Source: Paludibacter sp. 47-17 (lineage in GTDB: Bacteria; Bacteroidota; Bacteroidia; Bacteroidales; Paludibacteraceae). Taken from it: a stretch of 64,000 nucleotides of DNA. The position numbers were made by a program, and so were the translations under genes. Below the pieces are notes generated by a model. The model did not search any database and was not told where the DNA came from. It saw only the letters and a program-made list of their open reading frames with translations. Below, piece after piece: positions 20,409 through 27,989 of this stretch (positions are counted from its first letter, which is position 1; each line of letters begins with the position of its first letter). The stretch is taken from positions 33,828-97,827 of the forward strand of contig MKVT01000012.1 in assembly GCA_001898935.1 (NCBI GenBank), in the 5' to 3' direction.

Positions 20409-21899
20409 ATGAAAAAGCTTTTTCTTCTTTTACTGAGTACATTATTGCTGGGCAATGCTGCGGCCCAATATCCGCGTGCATCGTTGTGGACCACTACTAT
20501 GGCCAATTTTGCTGCGGCCGATGCAGCGGGAGTGCCGTCGGGCGTCGTATTGTTTGCCGGTAGCTCCACTTTTACCATGTGGAACAGCCTGGCCGCCGAT
20601 TTTCCCGGATCGAAGGTGCTTAACCGTGCGTTCGGCGGTTCGATGATGACCGATTTGTTGTATTATTTCGGACAGGTGGTAGCTCCTTATTCGCCCCGCC
20701 AGGTAGTGTTGTATGAAGGCGATAACGATTTACACGAAAGTACGAAAACGGCCGATGAATTTTTTGAAGAAGTAGTAGCAATGTGCCGGCTCATTAATAT
20801 TTATTATCCCGATGCCCGTATCCTGCTGGTGTCGATCAAACCCAGCCCGTCGCGTACGGCCTCTTTCCCTAAATATGAGGCAGCCAATGCCCTGATGAAA
20901 ACCTATGCCGGCAAGTATGCACATATCGACTATGCCGATACCTGGACACCCATGCTGAAAACCGACGGTACGCCCGATACTTCCTATTTCCTCTCCGACA
21001 TGCTTCACATGAATGCATCGGGTTATGCGGTGTGGAAAAACGTACTCGAACCATTTCTGCTCAAGAATGGTACGACTCCGGGCGGAGAAGGTGAAACCGG
21101 AGCCATCCGTATTGATTTTGGATCGACCACAACGCCTACACCCGGCAATTGGAATAATATACACGATCATCAGGCGGCCGACCAGGAACTCATCGATGAT
21201 GGAGGAAACACCACCGGCATCCGTTTAAAAATTACCGATTCCTTTTACAACGGATTCAATACCAATGGCGCGACAAATCTCACGGGCGATGCCCGGATTT
21301 TTCCCACTACTGCAACCATGGATAACTTTTTCGGTCATGCCAATGCCTGGGGATCGACACCGGCCAATCCGCAGGGGGTGATTGTGTTGAGCGGATTATC
21401 GCCCGGCAAATATTACAGCTTTACCGTGTTTGGGTCGCGTAGCGGTGTCGCCGATAACCGGGAAACCCGCTACGAGTTCAAAGGGGCCGGCGATGCGTTG
21501 ACCGGATTGCTGAATACTTCGTCGAACTCGTCGCAGGTAGCTGTTGTGAAAAATGTCCGGCCGGGACACGATGGTACCGTTACGCTTACCGTAAGCGCCG
21601 GGCCGGCTAATAACCAGGCCGAGAAGTTTTTCTACCTGGGCGCTATGATTGTTGAAATCTCGGATGCTCCCTTGTCGGTTCCGGCAACGGAGCATTCTTC
21701 TGTTTTCAGAAGCTGGTACCGCGATTCGGTATTGACGCTTGAAAACTACGATGGCCCGTTTCAGCTGTTCGATGCTTCCGGCCGGAGAATAGCGGCCGGA
21801 AGCACCGATCGGGGCAGGTACCGGTATACGTTGGAAGCCGGCGTATACCTGGTACAAACCACGGCCGGAACAGCACGTGTAATGGTGCCGGGTCACTGA
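20409..21899 (+). CDS. SGNH/GDSL-family esterase + unassigned ~185-aa module + T9SS C-terminal sorting domain
   Basis: SGNH blocks I 'FAGSSTF', II 'AFGGSMM', III 'YEGDNDL', V 'SDMLHMN'. Then the module shared with 17770..20277. CTD 'FQLFDASGRRIA...LEAGVYLVQTTAGTARVMV'. Confidence 0.85.
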   Translation: MKKLFLLLLSTLLLGNAAAQYPRASLWTTTMANFAAADAAGVPSGVVLFAGSSTFTMWNSLAADFPGSKVLNRAFGGSMMTDLLYYFGQVVAPYSPRQVVLYEGDNDLHESTKTADEFFEEVVAMCRLINIYYPDARILLVSIKPSPSRTASFPKYEAANALMKTYAGKYAHIDYADTWTPMLKTDGTPDTSYFLSDMLHMNASGYAVWKNVLEPFLLKNGTTPGGEGETGAIRIDFGSTTTPTPGNWNNIHDHQAADQELIDDGGNTTGIRLKITDSFYNGFNTNGATNLTGDARIFPTTATMDNFFGHANAWGSTPANPQGVIVLSGLSPGKYYSFTVFGSRSGVADNRETRYEFKGAGDALTGLLNTSSNSSQVAVVKNVRPGHDGTVTLTVSAGPANNQAEKFFYLGAMIVEISDAPLSVPATEHSSVFRSWYRDSVLTLENYDGPFQLFDASGRRIAAGSTDRGRYRYTLEAGVYLVQTTAGTARVMVPGH

Positions 21900-22277
21900 C
21901 TAAACTTCCTGTAGCCAGCCCCCCTGGCTAATCTTGAAATCCGATCTTGGATACACGTGTTCTTATTCCAGCTTCAGGAGCTTTTCAATGCCTCTTTCAA
22001 CTTCAATATATCCAGCCTCGCTTAACTTTTCCCCCTGAATACTTCAATTGCCTGCCGTAGCCCCGGTTGGTTCTTTTATAGATAAGAAACCGGCCCCGGT
22101 CCCGATAAATAATAGCGACATGACGGCACTACGAAGTCCGGAGCGGAACAGAAGGACGGTTTTTTTGCGGGACAAAGCCTTTATTATACGGAATGAATAA
22201 AAGTTTATACCTTTTGTAATCTTTTTTTTCTTAATTTAGCGCCCGAATCTTAACCAACTGAATTTATCTGTACAATT

Positions 22278-22979
22278 ATGACAACCGATGGTAAACATCT
22301 CACGTTGCGTGAGTGGTCGGAAGAAGACCGGCCGAGAGAGAAAATGATGCAGAAAGGAGCTGCTGCGCTCACCGATTCGGAGTTACTGGCCATTTTGATC
22401 GGATCGGGCAACAGGGAGGAGTCGGCCGTGGAGTTGGCTCGCCGGATCCTGGCGCGATGTAGTCACAGCATTAACGAACTGGCGAGATGGAGCGTCATCG
22501 ATTTGTGTCGTGAGTACAAAGGCATTGGTGAAGCAAAAGCGATAAGTATCGTGGCATCGCTCGAATTGGGCAAACGGCGGAACACCCGGGAGACGGTCGG
22601 CCGGCAAAAAATCACTTCCAGTATCGAATTGCAGGGGATTTTTGAGCCTCTGATGATTGATTTGCTGCACGAGGAGTTTTGGGTGGCCTATCTCGATAAC
22701 GGAAATAATGTGCTCGATGTGCGTAAGCTCACCCAAGGTGGTATTCAGCATACGGTGGTGGATGTGTCGTTGTTGCTGAAAACTGCGCTGGAACGTGGTT
22801 CGGTTTGTGTGGCTGTTGCGCACAATCATCCGTCGGGACAGAATTTTCCGAGTAAGGAAGATGAGAAAATTACTCAGAAAATAAAATCGGGATGTGAGGC
22901 GGTGGGGATCCGGCTGCTCGATCACATCATTATTGCCCGGGGCAATTATTACAGTTTCTGCGACGAAGGAAAACTTTGA
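22278..22979 (+). CDS. radC: RadC-family JAB/MPN-domain protein
   Basis: 233 aa. HhH-like 'YKGIGEAKAISI'. JAMM-like 'VAHNHPSGQNFPSKED'. Confidence 0.9.
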   Translation: MTTDGKHLTLREWSEEDRPREKMMQKGAAALTDSELLAILIGSGNREESAVELARRILARCSHSINELARWSVIDLCREYKGIGEAKAISIVASLELGKRRNTRETVGRQKITSSIELQGIFEPLMIDLLHEEFWVAYLDNGNNVLDVRKLTQGGIQHTVVDVSLLLKTALERGSVCVAVAHNHPSGQNFPSKEDEKITQKIKSGCEAVGIRLLDHIIIARGNYYSFCDEGKL

Positions 22980-23027
22980 AGCTGTAGGTTGGCTCTTTAT
23001 TCTTGATACTTGACTTTAAATATAAAT

Positions 23028-23933
23028 ATGACAAATCTATTAGAAGTAAAAGAGGTGGTGAAGCAGTACTCGGGGCATCTGGCGCTGGCCGGTGTGAGCC
23101 TCGATATTCCCGAAAATTCGGTATATGGACTGCTGGGCCCGAATGGAGCCGGTAAGACGACTCTTATCCGTATTATCAATTGTATCACCGCTCCCGACAG
23201 TGGTGAAGTGTATCTGAATGGCAAACGGTTAACGCCGGCTGCCGTTCAGCGAATCGGTTATCTGCCCGAAGAGCGCGGCCTGTACAAAAAAATGAAGGTA
23301 GGCGAACAGGCATTGTACCTGGCTCAACTGAAGGGCATGTCGAAAAACGATGCTCTGAAGGCCTTGAAATTCTGGTTCGAGAAATTTGAAATCCAGGGTT
23401 GGTGGAATAAAAAAGTAGAAGAATTATCGAAAGGGATGGCTCAGAAGGTGCAGTTCATCACAACTATTCTTCACAAGCCCGACCTGCTGATTTTCGACGA
23501 ACCCTTCAGTGGTTTCGATCCGGTGAATACCGATTTGCTGAAGCGTGAAATCCTGAGTCTGAAGGAAAACGGAGCAACCATCATTTTTTCGACGCACAAC
23601 ATGGCTTCGGTGGAGGAACTGTGTGATAATATCTCGCTGATCGATCATTCGCGCATCGTGTTACAGGGCAATGTGGAGGATATCCGCGCATCGCATGCTA
23701 CGGGTACGTACCGGGCAGTGACCCGTACGGCCATTGCTCCCGAAGGTGTGGAAATTGTGGAAACAAAAGCGAAAAGCCGTTCGTTCGAATACGTTCTCAA
23801 GGCTGTTGCCGGGCAAACCAACAACCAGTTGCTGACGCAGGTTGCGGCCGAAGCCGAGGTCGTGGTTTTCGAGGAACTACTACCTACCATGAATGATATT
23901 TTTATCGATGTTGTAACCTCTTCTAAAAAGTGA
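23028..23933 (+). CDS. ABC transporter ATP-binding protein (ABC-2/NatA-like)
   Basis: Walker A 'GPNGAGKTT', signature 'LSKGMAQKV', Walker B 'LLIFDEP'. I prefer the ATG at 23028 over the TTG at 23010. Confidence 0.9.
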   Translation: MTNLLEVKEVVKQYSGHLALAGVSLDIPENSVYGLLGPNGAGKTTLIRIINCITAPDSGEVYLNGKRLTPAAVQRIGYLPEERGLYKKMKVGEQALYLAQLKGMSKNDALKALKFWFEKFEIQGWWNKKVEELSKGMAQKVQFITTILHKPDLLIFDEPFSGFDPVNTDLLKREILSLKENGATIIFSTHNMASVEELCDNISLIDHSRIVLQGNVEDIRASHATGTYRAVTRTAIAPEGVEIVETKAKSRSFEYVLKAVAGQTNNQLLTQVAAEAEVVVFEELLPTMNDIFIDVVTSSKK

Positions 23934-23938
23934 ATGCT

Positions 23939-25264
23939 ATGAGTAAGATTTCGTTGATTATAAAGCGTGAATATACCACCCGGGTGATGAAACCGTCGTT
24001 CATCCTGCTTACTTTTTTAACTCCGGTGCTCATCGGAGCCATGATTATGGTGCCGTTGCTGCTGGCTCAGATTGAAGATGATGCGGTGAATAAGATCGTT
24101 GTGGTGGATCAAACCGGCTTGTACGGCAATATTTTCGAAAACAACGAGAAATATGTTTTTGAAAATGCGACTCAGCCGCTCGACGAGCTCAAACAGGCTC
24201 CCGAGAAATCGTTTGCAGCTGTTCTCGTTATTTCGGCCGATCTGGCAAAGAATCCGGCCGGAGCTACCTTGTATTCGGAACAGCAGGTAGGTATCGACCT
24301 GAAAAGTTATATTGCCGGGGTGATCAATACTTATGTGGAAGAACAGAAACTGGCAGCCCTCAATATCCCCGATTTCAAGAAGATGGCCGAGGAAATAAAG
24401 TCGGACGTTGATGTGAAAACGGTGCGGTGGGGGAAAGACGGTGAAGAAAAGATGGGCTCGGCGGAGCTGGCCATTATTATCGGCATGATATCGGCATTCG
24501 TGATTTATATGTTCATCGTGGTGTACGGTGCGCAGGTAATGTCGGGGGTGGTACAGGAAAAAACCAGCCGGATCGTAGAGGTGATTATTTCGTCGGTGAA
24601 ACCCTTCGAGCTCATGATGGGGAAAATCGTGGGGATTGCCATGGTAGGACTTACCCAGTTTGCCATGTGGGTGATTCTTACGCTCATCATTGTGTCGTCG
24701 CTTTCGTCGGTGTTCGGTACCAAAATGGATATGGATGCTTACCAGCAGATGCCGGGGGTAACGATGAACGCAATGCCGGTGCCGTCCGACCCCGACGATG
24801 CCATGTTTACCGAACTGATGACGGCGCTGTCGAATTTTGACTTTGTTCAAACCGGGATCATGTTTCTTATTTATTTTCTGGGTGGTTACCTGCTGTATGC
24901 CTCGCTGTTTGCGGCGGTAGGCTCGGCAGTGGATAACGAAACCGATACCCAGCAATTTTCGCTTCCGCTCACGCTTCCCATTATTTTTGCCGTTTATGCG
25001 GCCATTTACAGTGCCGAGAATCCCGATGGGCCATTGGCCTTCTGGGCTTCGATGATTCCGTTTACATCGCCCATTGTAATGATGGTGCGGTTGCCTTTCG
25101 GTGTCGATTTCTGGCAAATTGCACTTTCGATCGGTATTTTAATCCTTTCGTTTATCGGAAGTACCTGGGTGGCTGCCAAGATTTACCGGACCGGAATTCT
25201 GATGTACGGTAAAAAAGTGACCTGGAAAGAGATGATGAAGTGGGTGACGTATAAAGAGAAATGA
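23939..25264 (+). CDS. ABC-2 family transporter permease (NatB-like)
   Basis: N-terminal TM segment, a large extracytoplasmic loop, then about 5 C-terminal TM segments. It starts 5 nt after the ATPase stop (GTG 23930 is an alternative start). Confidence 0.85.
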   Translation: MSKISLIIKREYTTRVMKPSFILLTFLTPVLIGAMIMVPLLLAQIEDDAVNKIVVVDQTGLYGNIFENNEKYVFENATQPLDELKQAPEKSFAAVLVISADLAKNPAGATLYSEQQVGIDLKSYIAGVINTYVEEQKLAALNIPDFKKMAEEIKSDVDVKTVRWGKDGEEKMGSAELAIIIGMISAFVIYMFIVVYGAQVMSGVVQEKTSRIVEVIISSVKPFELMMGKIVGIAMVGLTQFAMWVILTLIIVSSLSSVFGTKMDMDAYQQMPGVTMNAMPVPSDPDDAMFTELMTALSNFDFVQTGIMFLIYFLGGYLLYASLFAAVGSAVDNETDTQQFSLPLTLPIIFAVYAAIYSAENPDGPLAFWASMIPFTSPIVMMVRLPFGVDFWQIALSIGILILSFIGSTWVAAKIYRTGILMYGKKVTWKEMMKWVTYKEK

Positions 25265-26193
25265 TTCGAAAACAAGCGATACAGGATGATAGGATGCGTA
25301 CGGCGGCGGGTGGCGAACCGCCGGTTGCTGTGCGCATTGTTTCTCCTTCGGGAGTAATCGATCCTGCTTTCATCGATGCTGCTGCCGACAGGCTGAGGAA
25401 CGAAGGGTTTGCGGTATCGGTGGACGGGAATGCCGGGGCCGTTGCGGGCAGGTATGCCGGTAGCCGGGAGCTGCGGATTGCTGCTTTACAGGCGGCGATG
25501 GACGATGAGGAGCTGGATGTGATCCTCTGCAGCCGGGGCGGATACGGGTTAGTACAGATTGTTGATTCACTCGATTTTACGCGGTTTGTCGAAAAACCTA
25601 AATGGCTGGTCGGATTCAGCGATATCACCGTGTTGCACAATGCGTTGTCGAAGTATGGAATCCCCAGCATCCATGGTCCTATGGTCCGGCATCTGGCCGG
25701 GCATCCGGCCGACTCGTATTCGTCGGCCCAATTGCTCCGGATGTTGCGGTCCGGTTTACCTACCTACCGCATTGCGGCTCATCCGCTCAACCGGCAGGGC
25801 AGCTCCCGGGGGCGTCTTGTAGGAGGGAATTTGTCGGTACTGGCGGGCTTGCGGGGAACTCCCTACGATCTGGATTATGCGGGCGCCATTCTTTTTATTG
25901 AAGACATTGCAGAACAAGCCTACCACATCGACCGGATGTTGCAGAACCTGAGGCTCGGAGGCGTATTCGCACAACTTGCCGGCCTTATCGTGGGGCATTT
26001 TACCGATTGTGCCGACGATGCTTCGATGGGGAGAAGCCTTCCGGAACTCATCAGAGATGCGCTTGAAGGAACCTGCTTTCCCGTTTGTTTCGGCTTCCCT
26101 GCCGGGCATGAAGACCAAAATTATCCGCTCGTGTTGGGACGTGAAATAGGCCTGACGGTAACCGGGCACGAAACGGTGGTGGATTTCAGTTAA
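25261..26193 (+). CDS. ldcA: LD-carboxypeptidase (peptidase S66, muramoyltetrapeptide carboxypeptidase-like)
   Basis: 'VRIVSPSGVIDP', nucleophile motif 'VGFSDITVLHNAL', 'GFPAGHE'. ATGA overlap with the permease stop. ATG 25294 is an alternative start. Confidence 0.8.
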   Translation: MIRKQAIQDDRMRTAAGGEPPVAVRIVSPSGVIDPAFIDAAADRLRNEGFAVSVDGNAGAVAGRYAGSRELRIAALQAAMDDEELDVILCSRGGYGLVQIVDSLDFTRFVEKPKWLVGFSDITVLHNALSKYGIPSIHGPMVRHLAGHPADSYSSAQLLRMLRSGLPTYRIAAHPLNRQGSSRGRLVGGNLSVLAGLRGTPYDLDYAGAILFIEDIAEQAYHIDRMLQNLRLGGVFAQLAGLIVGHFTDCADDASMGRSLPELIRDALEGTCFPVCFGFPAGHEDQNYPLVLGREIGLTVTGHETVVDFS

Positions 26194-26908
26194 ACAGTTC
26201 GTGAAGCACTTCGGTGGATTGTAAGGAATGAAACTCCGGAAGATGAAGCCGGTAATATTCCAGGAGCGTTTCCAGCAACTCGTTGCGTTGTTGCCGCGAC
26301 AACTGCAGCTGCTCCATCGACGAGAAATTACAAAGCAACAACGACCTGAATACCTCCATAAGTCCCGGTTTCACATAATGTGCATGCAAAGGCCGGCCCG
26401 GGCAAAAGCAACCGTTCAATAAATCGAAGGAGGGCAGTTCCATCGATGTGCAGTTGGGCTCGAAACCCAGGTGCCGGCTCAGCCGGCACATAAGCACCAG
26501 GTGAAAATCGGCAATGCCCGCATCCGATTCGTTGAGCCATTCGAGTGCAACCTGCAGAAAATCGTAGAGCCCGGTTTCGTCCTGCTGGTGTTTTAAGGTT
26601 TTATAGAGCAATTCGGCGAGAAAAAGAGCGATTGCATTTTTAACCGGATGCGTACTTATTCCCGGCAGATTGATGTGGGTGCGGATATCTTTCAGCTGCT
26701 GCATCTCTTTACCCGGATGCATGGCAATCGTGATCTCTACCAGCGAAAGAGGCTGGAGCAGTGCGGCTTTTCCTCCTGACTTCCGCCCCGATACGCCATA
26801 AACAATGAGACTCATCCGCCCGTAATCGCGTGTGAAAACAGTGACTGCCGACGCTTTGTCGGAGAATTTCACCATTCTGAGAACTATAGCTTTCGTGGTA
26901 ACCTGCAT
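26186..26908 (-). CDS. recO: DNA repair protein RecO
   Basis: About 240 aa. N-terminal OB-fold pattern 'TKAIVLRMVKFSDKASAVTVFTRDYGRMSLIVYG'. I prefer the ATG at 26908 over the TTG at 26917. Confidence 0.8.
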   Translation of the reverse strand: MQVTTKAIVLRMVKFSDKASAVTVFTRDYGRMSLIVYGVSGRKSGGKAALLQPLSLVEITIAMHPGKEMQQLKDIRTHINLPGISTHPVKNAIALFLAELLYKTLKHQQDETGLYDFLQVALEWLNESDAGIADFHLVLMCRLSRHLGFEPNCTSMELPSFDLLNGCFCPGRPLHAHYVKPGLMEVFRSLLLCNFSSMEQLQLSRQQRNELLETLLEYYRLHLPEFHSLQSTEVLHELFN

Positions 26909-26914
26909 TGCTTG

Positions 26915-26922
26915 CAAAATTA
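26915..26922 (-). promoter_or_regulatory. Candidate -7 box (TAATTTTG) for recO
   Basis: Exact TAnnTTTG on the minus strand, ending 6 nt upstream of ATG 26908. This implies a leaderless or very short-leader mRNA. Confidence 0.3.
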
Positions 26923-27071
26923 CAATTATTTCGTCAATTAGAAACAGTTCAGTACAAATCGGTGTAACTACCGTCTAAGTTAGGAATCGGGGAAGAAAGC
27001 AGGGGTAAACCCACCAGGCCTTTTGTGTTTTCCTTCCTATCCTCTGAAGTGAATTTATTGAAGAAAGTTGT

Positions 27072-27983
27072 ATGAAATTCAGCCTTTTAGTTTTTATCAG
27101 TTGCCTTTTTCTTGCCTGCATACCGGAGAAGGAAGTATACCTGTCGACCTCCTTCCGCGAACCTGCTACCGACGGATTGCGCTATATTTACAGTTACGAC
27201 GGGCTTCACTGGGACAGTATTCCCGGCATCTGGCTTCAACCGTCGGTTGGAGTGCAGCGGGTGATGCGCGACCCGTCGCTGGTGCGATCGCCCGAAGGGG
27301 TATATCACCTGGTATGGACGTCGAGCTGGAAGGGTGATAAAGGCTTTGGCTATGCGTCGTCGACCGATCTGATAAATTGGTCGGAGCCCCGTATGATCGA
27401 TGTGATGGCGCATGAACCTACTACGGTAAATGTATGGGCCCCGGAATTGTTTTACGACGATGCCAAACAACACTATATGATTATCTGGGCATCCTGTGTG
27501 CCGGGACGTTACGATCTCGGCGAAGAGGATATCGACAACAACCACCGGTTGTATTATGTAACTACCCGCGATTTTGTGCATTTTTCGGAAACCCGTTTGT
27601 TGTACGATCCGGGTTTCAGCTCCATCGACGCAACACTGGTGAAGCGTTCGCCCGGCGATTATGTAATGGTGTTTAAAGATAACACCCGTCCCAACCGTAA
27701 TCTGAAAGTAGCTTTTGCCTCCGATGCCGAAGGGCCCTACTCGGGTGTCTCGGAGGCATTTACCGATTCGTTTTCCGAAGGGCCTTCGGTGGTCTCCATC
27801 GGTAAAACCTATGCAATTTATTTTGACGAGTACCGGAAGTTCAGCTATGGCGCGGTGACGACCGACGATTTTAAAACCTTCCGGTATGCCGGTGAAAAGG
27901 TTCATTTCCCGACAGGACATAAACATGGTACCGTGTTGAAAGTTCCCGAATCGGTAGTAAAGAATTTGTTGAAAAAAAAATAG
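27072..27983 (+). CDS. GH43-like five-bladed beta-propeller glycoside hydrolase, lipoprotein
   Basis: Lipobox 'LFLAC'. 'VMRDPSLVRSPEG.YHLVWT', 'VWAPELFYDD', 'IDATLVK', 'SEGPSV' resemble the GH43 catalytic Asp/Asp/Glu blades. Confidence 0.6.
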   Translation: MKFSLLVFISCLFLACIPEKEVYLSTSFREPATDGLRYIYSYDGLHWDSIPGIWLQPSVGVQRVMRDPSLVRSPEGVYHLVWTSSWKGDKGFGYASSTDLINWSEPRMIDVMAHEPTTVNVWAPELFYDDAKQHYMIIWASCVPGRYDLGEEDIDNNHRLYYVTTRDFVHFSETRLLYDPGFSSIDATLVKRSPGDYVMVFKDNTRPNRNLKVAFASDAEGPYSGVSEAFTDSFSEGPSVVSIGKTYAIYFDEYRKFSYGAVTTDDFKTFRYAGEKVHFPTGHKHGTVLKVPESVVKNLLKKK

Positions 27984-27989
27984 TATCGC

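Noticed and set aside
22094-22104. The 11-mer CCCCGGTCCCG is shared between the 22.1-kb spacer and the 35.84-kb spacer (35840-35850)
   Set aside because: Hundreds of 11-mer coincidences are expected in 64 kb on both strands, and the flanking sequence does not align.
22044-22121. 25-aa minus-strand ORF (MSLLFIGTGAGFLSIKEPTGATAGN) in the 21900-22277 spacer
   Set aside because: It is too short to support without conservation or expression data, and I found no promoter box.
22133-22166. AAGTCCGGAGCGGAACAGAAGGAC followed by T7, reminiscent of the RNase P 'GAAAGUCCGG...ACAGAA' or SRP RNA 'GUCCGGAAGGAAGCAG' motifs
   Set aside because: The flanks cannot form the long helices required. The sequences on either side are direct (GACGG...GACGG), not complementary. 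For RNase P the two motifs would need to be about 200 nt apart. I treat this as a chance resemblance.
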